Source: Octopus sinensis
Taxonomy: Eukaryota
Direction of reading: 5' to 3'
NCBI RefSeq assembly: GCF_006345805.1
Contig: NC_042997.1
Coordinates: 89,280,001-89,344,000 of the forward strand
Length of the DNA: 64,000 nucleotides
The position numbers and the translations under genes were made by a program. Below are positions 12,721 through 25,373 of this stretch, piece after piece; within the stretch, counting starts at the first letter, position 1, and the number at the start of each line of letters is the position of its first letter. The notes beneath the pieces were generated by a model. That model saw only the letters and a program-made list of their open reading frames with translations. It had not been told where the DNA came from and made no database searches.

Positions 12721-13258
12721 ATTACATGGAAAAATGCAAGCAAGAGAAATAATATTCTTAAGATTATAAAACTGGAAAAGTACAGGACAAATTATTTCAC
12801 TTTGAAAAGTCCAGGACAACTTATTACATCTGGTAAAGTACAGAACAAGAAATTTTTTACTTAAAATATTGCAGCTAAGGATAAAATTTCAAATAATGTT
12901 TTTAGATTTAAAAAATATTAGCTTTTACTGCCTAAGTTATTGCCAAGTCTTCTCATTTGCCTATTTTTTACATAATGGATTTGCCTACCATTATACTATT
13001 CTTCTTAGCTTAAAGCTTTAGCTATATTGGTACTTCTGGCTCTCATTTTTTAAGTATTCTAGTGTGTCAATATTTTAACAAAATGATGGTACCTTTTTTA
13101 ATTATAATGTTATTTTCTAAATTAAAATCAAATAATTTTTAATACTCAAATTTTATCCTTAGCTGCAATATTTTAAGTAAAAATTTTCTTGTCCTGTACT
13201 TTTCCAGTTTTATAATCTTAAGAATATTATTGCTCTTGCTTGCATTTTTCCATGTAAT
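12721..13258. mobile_element. MITE with long (~110 bp) terminal inverted repeats
   Basis: attacatggaaaaatgcaagcaagag..gcagctaaggataaaattt at left is mirrored by 13148-13258. The left arm has extra aaagtacaggacaa copies. No clear TSD. Confidence 0.75.
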
Positions 13259-14249
13259 CCATGTTTCTTCCAGGCTATCCTATTATGCTAATTAATAATG
13301 TATCAAATGTGTGAATTAGCGGTGTCGTTGATACCTTACCCCAATGATGCCAGTGACATATATTAAAAGTCCCTTATAGAACTATCTTCATAAAAGTATA
13401 GAACTATATTATCACCCTCAAATTTGAGAAACAAACACTCATAACTTTTTTCGTTTAAAAGTTCATTTCATGAGATTGATACCATGAAATTCTTCAAATT
13501 GAGCTCTCTCATTTAAGCTTAATTAAAATATAGTTTGTTTTTAAAATAAAAAAGTTAATTATACTTAAATCCAATTTTTTGCCTAATATTTTTTTATGTG
13601 GTATTTTACCTCACAACTTTTTTGATGCAAATTTTTATTGCAAGAGCCAAAACTATGAAACTTGGCCTGCATTCTTCTATCATTGAAGCTAAGATAAATA
13701 TATCTTGCTTTTAAAATATAAAAAAAGTTATTTACATCTAAACTTGATTGGTGGCATTACTTACTCTCCTATAATGTTGCTACAAATTTTAAAGTAAACT
13801 TTTTTCTACTGGACCAAATCTCAATTTGTTTATGCCAAAATGTAGCTAGGGACCAGTCCTCTTCAAAAATGTTAATAGTTTTCAATTTGGTTAAGAACTG
13901 AATTAGCGATAAGCTCTGAAATATGCTGCATGTGAGTAAATTGTGGCCTTAAGAATATTATTCAACTACAACCATAGTTGAATGATACACATGCTCACAC
14001 ACACACGTTTTATCATTTCATGCCTAGCTACAAATAGTAATAATAGTTTATTGATGCATCTTCTACACACAAATATTCTACACCATTCACTCTAATAACA
14101 TTTGGTTGATTAAGAAATGTTCACATATCAACATACAATTACTATCACATAATCCAGTCTTTTCCCAGTCCACTCCTTCATCTTCCAAACTATGATAGGT
14201 TGGAACTCACTTGTCACCTCCTCCCTATATATATATCAATGTGTAAAAG

Positions 14250-14560
14250 TTCAAAATGTTCACCAAGTGCATTGATCTCACCAATTATTGTTAAGTTCAT
14301 TGCCATCAATTCATCGCAGAAGTGTTCACCGCCATCAATTCACCATGAAGAAAGTTCACTGCCATCAATTCACTGTGGGGAAAGTTTACTTAGAAAATAT
14401 ATCAATTGTATCTCACCATTAATAATTAAAAACTATTTTATTGAGGAAAAAACGAAAGTAATGACGATCACTTTGCTCACAGTGAACATTCCTTATGGTG
14501 GACTTTCCCTATGGTAAATTGATGACAGTGAACTTACCAGAAAATAGATCTCACTAATTG
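14250..14560. mobile_element. MITE-like element with repeated ccatcaattca/gttcac motifs
   Basis: Three direct ccatcaattca copies at about 14303-14371 and an inverted copy (aaattgatgacagtgaac) near 14515-14535. Confidence 0.45.
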
Positions 14561-14797
14561 TGGATGGCATGAAATGATGCAATGCTTTGCACTAAATAAA
14601 ATGGGAATGTTGATTCTGATAATATTGTGATAATATCAAGGAATATTATAAGGGACCTTTGAATAAAGAATATATATATATAAATATTGAAATGAAATTT
14701 TAACTAACAATTTAACTGCAATTTAAAATTTACATTTTCTAGCTTTAGCATTAGCAAATATGTTGATTACTAGGAGTTTGTTCAATCTGTTTTGACT

Positions 14798-15758
14798 TGT
14801 AGAATGACCGAGCGAAAGGAGAGGTAACGAATGAATGACTCCTTTAATACACCGCACGATCGCTTACAATAAAAGCCAAAAATGGATAAATGAGTACAAG
14901 TGCCAGAAGGAAAAGAAAGACAATACAACCATAGAATATTAAGAGAAAGGTTTTATTTATGTGTTAGCAGAGTGTGTGTCTGTGTGTGTGACATAAGTAC
15001 ATATATAATAATAATAATAACAATATACAGGCCGTCATGCATACATAATGTGTGTGTGTACAAACAAGGGTGTATGCGTGTGAGATAAAATACAGAGCAT
15101 AGAAAGAGTCTATAACAGAACACTAGAAGAAGTTCAGACACAATGAAGATAAATACCAGTTCATAGTAAGGTACACAGTAGTTGAAGAGCTGTAACAAGA
15201 AGTTGAGACGTAAAAGCAGAGCCAGTTGAAGCATGTGTCGTGTAAGCAGTTGTGGCTACAATGCTGCTGTCGGTCACTTGATACAGGAGATCTCACAGGT
15301 AGTACTTTCTGTTAACCACAGTGAAGTAATTCACAAACAGTGAGGAGTTAAACCTGAGCGAATGTTGCTGTGTATGTAGAGATGTTGCTGACGACGTTAA
15401 GATGAAGGCAATGGAGATGGAGGTCCTGAATGTTGCTGAACGAAGTGTTGATGTTTCTCCAAGTTATTGCTGGTGTAGTCACTAGAACTGGCTGTGTGCT
15501 CTGTGGTCAGTGGTTAGACCTTAGATGGTTTAGAACCAAAGACAAAATATGGTTTTTTAACTAGCTTTTATAGGAATTAGGAGGCTCCAACAGGGAATTT
15601 AGAAGACTGTGTCACAGGACCTTGTCAGAAGGCTGAGATTGGTTGGGTTGCACATTGGCACGTAATAGAGCAAGAGACAAATTGCGCCAATACCAACCAA
15701 TCAGAGTAGTGGACACAACAGGGTCCAAACAGCCAAAGGTTAGTTGTTATCTGCTACA
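14798..15758 (-). mobile_element. Solo LTR-like element (~961 bp)
   Basis: Termini TGTAG...CTACA. In order on the minus strand: CCAAT boxes, TATAAAA (15572-15566) and poly(A)-signal-like hexamers near the 3' end. No matching TSD seen. Confidence 0.65.
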
Positions 15759-15908
15759 TCCGTATTTATGTTATATATAAAAGAGAGAGAGAGAGAATTT
15801 CACTAAGCGTCTGCTACAGACTCATTGTGCTCCTAAGTTCATTTTTAATCATTTTCAGTTTTGAAAATGATCTTTCTCTACACTATTGTTGGTAACTTTA
15901 ATTGACAA

Positions 15909-15942
<34 letters not shown>

Positions 15943-15956
15943 CTGTGTGTATATAT

Positions 15957-16180
15957 ATTCTGTAAATAATATTAATATTTTATAAGCTTAAGGCTTATAA
16001 GCAACCACGGTGTATTGACTAAAGAAAATAGTCTAACATTGAGACATATAAGCCCTCAATAGAAAAAAGTGGGTTTTCTGTCAAGGGCTTATATGCTCCA
16101 ATATGAGATTATTTTCTTTAGTCAATATACAGTGATTGCTTATAAGCTTTAAGCTTATAAAATATTATTATTTACAGAAT
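15957..16180. mobile_element. Foldback MITE (near-complete ~225-nt hairpin)
   Basis: The ~100-bp left arm attctgtaaataat..catataagccct pairs with the right arm agggcttatatg..attatttacagaat. Confidence 0.85.
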
Positions 16181-17487
16181 TGTCTCAAATCATCACAGAA
16201 AACATATATCATTGTCATCATCGTTTAACATCTGCCGTCTATGCTAGTATGGGTGGGACGTTTTCACAAGAGCCAGGCAGACAGAAGCCTGTACCAGGCT
16301 TCTGTGACTGTTTTGGCAGGATTTTTACAGCTGGATGCCCTTCCTAACACCAACCACTCAGCAGAATGGACTTAGTGCTTTTTATGTGGCACAGGCAGAG
16401 GTTAGGTGAGTTTTGGCACTGCATAAAGAAGTGCCAATCACTGAAAGTGGATGGTATGTGCAGAAGAGGGAGACCCAGGAAGATGTGGAATGAAGAGATA
16501 AGGACTGATCTCAGGATGTTGGGCCTCATGAATTATATGATAATGGACTGAGATGTCTGGCGATATAAAGTTATAGAGAAGACGCACCCATGTCAGTGAA
16601 ACTGAGTTCTAGAAGCACTGTGTCTCACCTACACTTAAAAAGTAAACTTCTCACACACTCTACTACAACAAACCAAATTATGTCTCTACATTTATTCTCT
16701 TCCTTACATTTCTGCTTCATGTACTATGCTTACCTCCCACTCCCCAGTTCTGTCCTCTTGGCCCTATGCCACCATATCATGCCACCAGACCTGTGTGTTC
16801 CACCCACAAGTAACAAGAAAACTTTTCACTCACCCTACCCCAACAAACCAATCTATATCTTCACATCTCTTTCTCACATTTCCTCCTTCATAAACTATGC
16901 CTAGCTCTCACTCCCCAATCCTGTTCTTACAGCCCTGTTCCTCTGTATCATTGCTATCTGGTAGCCCCCTGACTCAATATATATACCCAGATTTTCACCA
17001 CTCACTCCTCTCCCCTCCACACTCTTTAATCACACATCCTTTGTAATATACTGCCACTTATATTATGGCGTTCGAACCTCAAGGGTATGCCCTGGCACTT
17101 GCCACCATCCATATCTCTCTCTTCCTTTACTCAACCATCCCATTTATACTCTGATCCCCATCCATTGTGAGTATGCCCAGCATTTTTCCACCATCTCTGT
17201 CTTGCTGTCTCCCACTCTCTATCTTTCCTCCTGCACTTCCCTCAGGTTGGGTAACCATGTATTTCCTTTGCGTTAGTGCACCTGTTTCTGTTTTCATTCC
17301 TGATCTCTCTCTCTCTCTCTTTCTCCAGCCAGGTAACCTTGTACTTCCTCTATGGCAACACCTGTTTCTACGGCAAGACACCTTTCATCATCTGACACAA
17401 CATCACCTCCTCCAATTCCCCCATCCCCTCTTTTTTTTTCTCTTGCAAGTACTTGGTGACCCTGTCAGTGCAGGTGCCACTTAAAAG

Positions 17488-17540
<53 letters not shown>

Positions 17541-17549
17541 TACATGCAT

Positions 17550-17580
<31 letters not shown>

Positions 17581-17602
17581 CATACACACACACACACATA
17601 TA

Positions 17603-18005
17603 TCTATATATATAAAACTGAAGTTGTGTGGTGTCTGTCTCCTACGATTTAGATTCCTAACTACTCCCACATTTTGCGGTGCAGTTTAACCAAAAGCGAG
17701 TATCTTATAGTCGTGATTCATATCGAGCCTTTCTGGGTATTAGCGCGCGTCTACAATGAGTCTATGATTTAAAAAAAAATTTACCATGAATTTTTCCATT
17801 TTTAATGCATTTTTTTTGCTATTATATAAAGGAAGTAACTCTCTAAAAATGTCTACGATGAGTCTACGATTTAAAAAAAAATTTACCATCATTATTTTCC
17901 ATTTTTAATGCATTTTTTTGCTATTATATAAGGGAAGTAGCTCTCTAAAAATGCTTATATAGTTATTTCCCTTACAAACCCGAGCAACGCCGGGCGATAC
18001 TGCTA

Positions 18006-18006
<1 letters not shown>
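17603..18006 (+). mobile_element. Non-autonomous Helitron, complete (copy A)
   Basis: A|TC 5' end (tctatatatataaaactg), subterminal hairpin cccgagcaacgccggg and 3' CTAG|T. These are canonical Helitron termini with an AT target. Confidence 0.88.
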
Positions 18007-18035
<29 letters not shown>

Positions 18036-18037
<2 letters not shown>

Positions 18038-18360
18038 TAGAGGTTGTGTGCTGTCTGTCTCCTACGATTTAGATTCCTAACTACTCTCACATTTTGCTGT
18101 GCAGTTTAACCAAAACTGGGTATCTTATAGTCGTGATTCATATCGAGCCCTTCTGGGTATTAGCGCACGCGTCTACGATCAGTCTACGATTTAAAAAAAA
18201 TTTACCATCAATTTTTCCCATTTTTAATGTATTTTTGGCATATATAAGGGAAGTAACTCTCTAAAAATTTATTATTAAATCTCAGAACGTAAAAAGTTAC
18301 TGTAAGTTTGTGGTTAGCCATATTGAGATGGCTATTATACTTTACATCTCTAAAAATGTA
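18036..18360 (+). mobile_element. Non-autonomous Helitron copy B, lacking 3' terminus
   Basis: Homologous to copy A; stops at ctctaaaaatg, where the terminal segment would begin. Confidence 0.8.
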
Positions 18361-18673
18361 TCGCCCGGCGTTGTTCAGGTTTGTAAGGGAAATAACTATA
18401 TAAGCATTTTTAGAGATGTAAAGTATAATAGCCATCTCAATATGGCTAACCACAAAGGGGGGGTGTTACTGTAGCTTTTTACGTTCTGAGATTTAATAAT
18501 AAATTTTTAGAGAGTTACTTCCCTTATATATGCCAAAAATTCATTAAAAATGGGGGAAATTGATGGTAAATTTTTTTTTAAATCGTAGACGCGCGCTAAT
18601 ACCCAGAAGGGCTCATTAGGAATCTAAATCGTAGGAGACAGACAGCACACAACCTCTCTTTTATATATAAAGA
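18360..18673 (-). mobile_element. Non-autonomous Helitron copy C (inverted, tail-to-tail with B)
   Basis: TC 5' end at 18673, hairpin region at about 18361-18385, terminal CTAG missing, and an internal deletion relative to A. Confidence 0.8.
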
Positions 18674-18677
18674 TATG

Positions 18678-19308
18678 TGTAGGAAGTGAGATTGGCACTG
18701 GTTGGGTGCCTCACAATTCCTTACATAGTTGTAGAAAGGAAAATAGCGGGAACAAGAATCTCTGAACAAATAACAATAATAATTTATTTTCGTTGAAATA
18801 AGCATTTCATCTCTGGACATCGATAGCCTGGATGCCGGGGGGGGGGGGGGGGGCAGCAGAGTCAGTTTAATCACAATTGTGAAGGCATTCTTCACAGATT
18901 CGCCTAAGTCGTGGATCGCCTACACACAGAGCTTGTTTGGTTGTGTCTAGTTTGGTCGGCGGGAGGAGCGAAGAGAGAGAATAGCGGTCAAGCCTAGTAG
19001 CTGCTGATGACTGCACATGCGCATAAAGGACTTCTGGCAGGCCTTCCGGAAGACACTAATCCTTGTGCATGTGTGGATGAAAATCCCAAAATAGCGTCTG
19101 GAACCAGGCATCACTACGAGGCTCCCCCTCGAGTGTGGAAGCATGAAAATAGAAAGATTGTAGTGGCGCCAGAACAAGATGGCTACCGATCACCCACAAG
19201 ATGTGGCACAAAATATGACAACTCAAAAAAAAAAATGTAATCACAATATAAATGAGCATGCACAAAAAAAAAACCTTGTAATGACGCCTGGTTCCAGACG
19301 TCACTACA
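18678..19308 (-). mobile_element. Second possible solo LTR or unclassified CpG-rich element
   Basis: TGTAG...CTACA termini, internal 23-bp inverted repeat (19094-19117 / 19278-19300), minus-strand AATAAA near 18785, and a G17 run at 18837-18853. Confidence 0.35.
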
Positions 19309-20179
19309 TATATATATATATATATATATTTTATTTTTTATTTTTATTTTTACCGTTATTGTTTTTACGTTTTTGTATTCTTATTGGTGTCACGTATTCT
19401 GTATTTTTGTTTATGTACTTCGTTCGTTTTCCGTCCTCGCGTTGTATACATTCGAAGCTTTCTTCCAGGGGATCTAATGCGCTTGGCTTAGATTTCCCTT
19501 GGCTGGCTGGCCATATTGGAGCAATCTCAAGATTAATCAGCCGAAATTGCTAAGATGATCTGGTTCTTGACTGATGACTGAGGGCTTCGAATGTCCGTCC
19601 TGTGGTTCTTGTGTCGTCTCTGTGGTGTTCATGTTCTTGTCCATGTCTGTAATATTTTTACTGTTTACCTCTATATATATATATATATATATACAATGGG
19701 CTTCCACTCAGTTTCCAACAACTAAATACATTCACAAGGCATTGGTTGGACTGGGGCTGTAGTAGAAGACACTAACCCACAGTGGAACTGAACCCAAACC
19801 CTCATGGATGCAAAGAGAGCTTCTTAACCAGATAGCTATGCCTGGTGGAGGTCACTAGAGAATTTGAATCCAAGTGTAAGTGCTTGCATGGAACTTTCCA
19901 AACTGAGAAATGTTCCAAGTTTATAAGTATTACACCATTTGGGGAATACTACAAAAAAAATTTTCACTCTGCACTTCAACTTTAGCTGGATTGAAACCAG
20001 GAACACAAATGCCATATTTGAATGACCATTAACAATGAATTACTTAGAAAGGGCAGTAAATAAAATGAATACAATTCCACTATTTACTATTTGACATAAA
20101 TTTAATATTTACCTGCTAGAAAATGACATATTTGAAATATTTAGTTTAGTTCCGAAAGAGAATGGCTTATACAGTAAAT

Positions 20180-21530
20180 TATGTTAGCATTCCTTCCTTC
20201 ATTGCGATTCCCACCTTTAAAAAGGACCTCAGATAAGGCTCCCACCACTCAAAAATACAGAAATGTGTGACATTTTTGAACAAGCCATCAATATCTAGTA
20301 ACCACCAATATCCCCAATACACCAGAAATTTACAGTTCCTATCAGATGTGTTGATGAAGCACTTTTTGTCTGTCATTTCACCAACTCCAGCATGTCCAGA
20401 TCAAGTTTTTGTTCCTTACTCTCTCTATATATTAATGACTTACTTATCCCTATATCCAACAATGCCTACTCTTACATGGATGACATTGCTGTTCCCCACA
20501 AACATTCCTCAACAATGCTTATCCACACACCAAACCTGCAAAGACATCATGAGCAGAGACTTTGAAAGCATTGTCCACTGGGGATATATCATTCTTGTCT
20601 CTTTCAGCAGCAAGAAATCACTAATGCAGTTCATATCAAGAAAACATCATCAAACTATATCCCTTAATCATGAGCACCACTAACTCCAAACAATGGCTCC
20701 CACTATCAGTGGTGGGCTGGGTCTAAAAATATTGGTTGCTAGGAGACTAAGGAGGCCCACCTGCATCTACAATGCTATCATTTAAATTTTTTTTTTTTTT
20801 TGTTAAAAGTATTCTTTTCAACTGTCTTCAAACACAGCCAGGCTGAAATAATTTATGCATTCTTCCAGGAGTGAATTAAAACTTTTCAAACTTGAGGGAA
20901 TGGGCCCCCATATATGGATTCTTAATTGTGCAGGGGCCCACTTACCATCAGGCAAGCTGGCAACCCGCCACTGCTCACTATCACTGAAGATCTCTCCTGG
21001 TGAAAGCAAAGCCTTAACATAGCTAGGAGTGCACTCAAATAACCAGCTTTCCTCTTCAAAATCAGAAGGTATTCCATACCCTTCCAATCATTGGCACTCT
21101 ACTAAGCTCAACTGAAGCCTGAGTATTGTTCTCAGATTTGGGATGCTGTTGCTACACAGAACCACACCAAGTAAAGGGCAACTCAACTGATTGACACACA
21201 GTCACTCACAAACTCATTCGAAGTCTCTGGCCCACAAGGGTGTTGTCTTCTGTCTCTACCTTTTCTACCATTACAATGAAGGCTTTTGCACCTCAGAGTT
21301 GGTCGGTTGGGTTCATGCCACTCACATTCAGCATTCTCTATCCATTTATCTCTTCTCTTCTCATCACCCTTATTATGCTTAACATCCCAGACTTCACACT
21401 ATTCACTATGCCCAGTCCTCCCTCTTTCCAATGTTGGTCCTCTGGAATCATTTCTCTGTTCATTTCTTGCAGGTATTAATGTACAAAGATTTAAAAGGAA
21501 CATTAATTGCATTAAACTCACCATCTAGGA
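20180..21530 (+). mobile_element. Heavily decayed L2/CR1-group LINE ORF2 remnant (interrupted at about 20700-21130)
   Basis: Frames give YINDLLIPISNNAYSYMDDIAV (YxDD), DFESIVHWGY..SFSSKKS and the C-terminal ..LFYHYNEGFCTSEL..NVQRFKRNINCIKLTI*. Confidence 0.7.
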
Positions 21531-21996
21531 GAGACTGTGAAAACCATGGGCAATTCTTTTCCCTCCCAGATCCAGCAAGTAAATCCTTCTCTACCATTTT
21601 TTTTCTGTATATCAACACCATCAACTTTTATGGTAATGCCTCAAACCAAAAGTTTCTCTGCAGTAAATAAAAATGGTGCACTCTTTGCTATAAATTTTGA
21701 TTCTCTTTCAAAACCAAATATAAAAATACACAGCTTAAATGCTAAAACATTATGTGATTTTACTGATATATAGTATTGTTACCTAAGTGATTAAAATACT
21801 AAAATGAAATATTTTCTTCTAATGCATAGCCTTAATATAATGTACATGAATGTGTTTACTTTAGTTTCATTTGACAGCAGTTGTTGTCATTATTGTTGCT
21901 ATTGAGATGATGAAGAAGACAATGTTGATGACAGTGATAATGATGATAATGATTTAAAAATGGGATAAAAATAAATAAGTAGTAAAGTGTATAAAA

Positions 21997-22043
<47 letters not shown>

Positions 22044-22044
<1 letters not shown>

Positions 22045-22560
22045 TAGCAGTATCGCCCGGCATTGCTCGGGTTTGTAAGGGAAATAACTATATAAGCATT
22101 TTTAGAGACTTACTTCCCTTATAGATGCCAATTCGGGCTTTCTTAGCCATTTCTGTTTTGGTGTCTTCAAGCCATGAAGTCGTTGTTCTAAAAGAACGCT
22201 GGTCTCCTTGACAACGCATTACGACGTTGATTTCCTTAAACTCCCTTCCCCACAGCTTCACGGGGGAGGGAAGAAGGGGGAGAAGCAAACACAGGTGCAG
22301 GTGTTTGAGCGTGGACACCAACTCCGCCGTCATCGACACACGAAAAATTATGCATTAAAATGGAATAAAAAATGATGTTAAATTATTTTTAAAATCGTAG
22401 ACTCATCGTAGACGCGCGCTAATAGCCAGACGGGCTCGATATTAATCACGACTATAAGATACCCGAATTTGGTTAAACTGCACCGCAAAATGTGGGAGGA
22501 GTTAGGAATCTAAATCGAAGGGGACAGACACTCACACAACTAGAGTTTTATATATATAGA
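22044..22560 (-). mobile_element. Non-autonomous Helitron copy D, complete, with ~220-bp extra internal segment
   Basis: TC 5' end at 22560, hairpin, and CTAG 3' end at 22044-22047. The segment at about 22125-22345 is absent from copies A-C. Confidence 0.88.
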
Positions 22561-22734
22561 TATATATATATATATAAAGGGTTAAACAAAAGTGCTTGCA
22601 CACTAGAAAAAAACTTCCTCGCCAAAAAGGTTAGTAACACCCTCATAATGGATTTCATAACATTAATTTTTGTTTTATCTAAAAAAAAAAGTCACCTGTA
22701 CACTTCAAAAACTGTATTTAGTAATTCTCTAAGC

Positions 22735-22768
<34 letters not shown>

Positions 22769-23199
22769 ACAAGCCAAAGAATGAACTTACTGGTATCATT
22801 TATTCCTTACCGGGTCAGATTTAATACATGAGGTGGGGAGCTGAAGGACTTCAAATTTGGTGGGCCCCTTGGAAAATTAGCAAATTTAAATCTCAAAGCC
22901 CATCTTTTGCATGTAATTGTATTTGACAAGTTAGTAGAGAAAGTTTAAATAAACAATTGAAAATGTCGCTTTATAGACACACTTTTCAAAATTTAATTTT
23001 TTCTCTCACACATCAACTTTCAGTGTTTGACTTTTCCTTCATTATGAGAAGTACAATGAAGGAAGGAAGAGGGAGTTACAAATGTTTCAGAATGTAGAAT
23101 ATGATAAAATGAGAGAAAGTTATGAAAAAGAAAAGTATATCAAGTCAATCTCAGACCACTTATCTGGACTTTCTTGGTTCTACAAGAGCTTATTCACAA

Positions 23200-24230
23200 A
23201 ATCCAGTGTTATTTCATCCAGTTTGCACCTCTTGATAACTACAGGGGGAATTTCATCAGGGTCAGCAGCTTGTCTCTTTCAGTCTATTCTTGGTACTCTG
23301 AATTCTTTCAAATACTAGCTGGGATGCTACAAGGAGATACACTTGTACCTTACCTGTTTGCAATTGTATTGGATTATGCAATGTATAATCCCATAGACAA
23401 CAGTGATGAAGACCTTGGTTTCATCAGAGACTGGCAAAAATAATGGAGAGTACCACAAACCTGGACTTCACAGATGATACAGCACTTATATCTAATAGAT
23501 CATATCTAACAGATCAAGCTCAACAACTGTTCAGCAGAGTAGAAACATCAGCTGCTAAGATAGGACTGCACAGAAATGTCAAGAAAATGGAATACATGTC
23601 TTTCAAACAACCAAGTGATACTGAACTGTTTGCTCTGAATGGTTCCAAATTGAATGTTGCTGAATACTTCAAGTACTTAGGTAGTTGGGCAAGCAATTTC
23701 GAAGCAGACATCAAGATCAGGAAGGCACAAACATGGATAGCCTATCACAAACTAAAGAAAATCTGGAACACCAAATTGCTCCAGCAAATCAAAATCAAGC
23801 TGTTCATTGCAACTGTTGAATCAGTATTATTATATGGTGGTAAAACATGGATACTAACAAAGAAATTATCAAACATGCTAAATAGATGCTACACAAGGAT
23901 GCTGCAAATGGCTCTAAATGTGAAATGGCAGCAACATATGACAAATGAATGTTTTTAAGGAGACCTATCAAAGTTAGCAAAAAGATCAAGCAAAGATGAC
24001 TGCAGCTATCTGATCACTGTGTGCTCCACCCCGAAATGCAAGCATCCAAATTAGTCTTGTGGAACCCACTTCATTGTGATGTAAGCAGAGAAAAATATTG
24101 TCACACTTACATTGTCAACTTGATTGTAAACACCAGCCTGGAATGTATCAAAGACCTTGAGGTAGTGATGATGAACCGAAAAGTGTGGTGGGTAGACTTT
24201 GCTGGAACCCAGCCATCTAAAAGTCTACTT
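23200..24230 (+). mobile_element. Decayed RTE-clade LINE RT, second family (no PHD insert)
   Basis: GMLQGDTLVPYLFAIVLDYAM, LDFTDDTALIS, YFKYLGSW and TVESVLLYGGKTW in ORFs 23174-23443 and 23443-23958. Confidence 0.9.
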
Positions 24231-24712
24231 TTCCAGTTTTCAGTAATGTGTGGTGGGTCACAATAAGTAATATTTACTGCATTTTTGATTGAGAAAAAAA
24301 ATATTTTTATAAATGTTCACTACTTAACAAAAACTATATCAGCTAAGCAAATGGCTTTCTCTAAATGCATTAAAACACTATAACATATTCAGAACACTAT
24401 TTCAGAAAATTATCTGCATTCCCTTCGAGCATGTAAAAGACAAATTTAGATGGTGCAAAATGAGTAAGCCAAAGTAAGGGAAATTTTCTTTTTCAATTCT
24501 CCAGAATTAAATTTAAAAAACTCATACACATCAATATCCATTCTTAGACACCAGAAAGATCAGATATTCAACAAAAATTTTAATATTTTGGTCAAATGAA
24601 AGGGAATCATGGAAAAATGGCATGATATGAAATTAATGAAACTTGGCTAAATCAAAAAACTCAACATAAAATATTCTCTATAGCTTCTTCATGATCTGTT
24701 GGAGTGGCTCTC

Positions 24713-25100
24713 AACAGAATTCTGGTTTAAGCACCCCATATAACACCTCATAACTTTTTTTAATTTTTGAAATTTTCAAAACATTTTTGAAAATTTATGT
24801 TCTACACATGAGAATTCATACAACTATGAAAAAAAAAAAGAGACCATTTAATGTGTTTAGGGGGAGAAAGATATTGAAAGCAACACTACATCAGAGTGAC
24901 AAAGAAACAAGGAGGATATCAGGTGGTCATGAGATGTGTTAAAAATAACAGCTAAAAAGTCCTTATATCACACACAAAAATTTTGGTGGGGCTTTTTCAT
25001 AGTCAGATGTGTGTAGAATTTTGCAAAAATTTTCTGAAAATTCCAAGGAATAAAAAAAATTATGAGGGGTTATAAGGGGTGCTTAAAGCAGAATTCTATC
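24713..25100. mobile_element. hAT-like MITE with 8-bp TSD
   Basis: ~45-bp TIRs (agaattctggtttaagcacccc..), TSD TGGCTCTC at 24705-24712 and 25101-25108, and an empty site visible in a paralogous copy at about 25600-25640. Confidence 0.85.
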
Positions 25101-25135
25101 TGGCTCTCTTCCTGATACATTTATGCACCATGCAG

Positions 25136-25348
25136 TTAACCCATTCATTACTGCATTTATTTTCTTTCAATTACTTTAAGTATAACAAAGAATTTAGTAA
25201 AATAACTTAATTATTATTCAGTTAGTGTTAGGAACATAAATTGTGACTAAGGTTTGGTGGAAGATTTTGATTCAAAACTTATGAAAACAAGACATTTGTA
25301 CTCAGAGCCAAAGCCAGTTTCAGCCAGGTTGGTAATAAAAGGATTAAA
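25136..25348. mobile_element. piggyBac-like (TTAA) MITE
   Basis: ttaacccattcattac...gtaataaaaggattaa, with TTAA-flanked CCC/GGG-type ends (degenerate). Confidence 0.55.
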
Positions 25349-25373
25349 GAGAAGAGATTATTGAAATTAGTCA

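Noticed and set aside
18837-18853. G17 run and TAGGGTTAGGGG (about 27658-27680) as G-quadruplex or telomeric elements
   Set aside because: An isolated homopolymer and one to two telomere-like units within transposon-like repeats; no array or functional context
19430-19640. Hammerhead ribozyme near CTGATGA (about 19572) and cagccGAAA (about 19540)
   Set aside because: The two half-cores are in the wrong order, and no stem II followed by GAAA comes after CTGATGA; probably a Penelope-related or other repeat fragment
20818-21087. 89-aa minus ORF (MEGYGIPSDFEEESWLF..) as a small gene
   Set aside because: It sits inside a decayed LINE with no splice or promoter context and no recognisable motif
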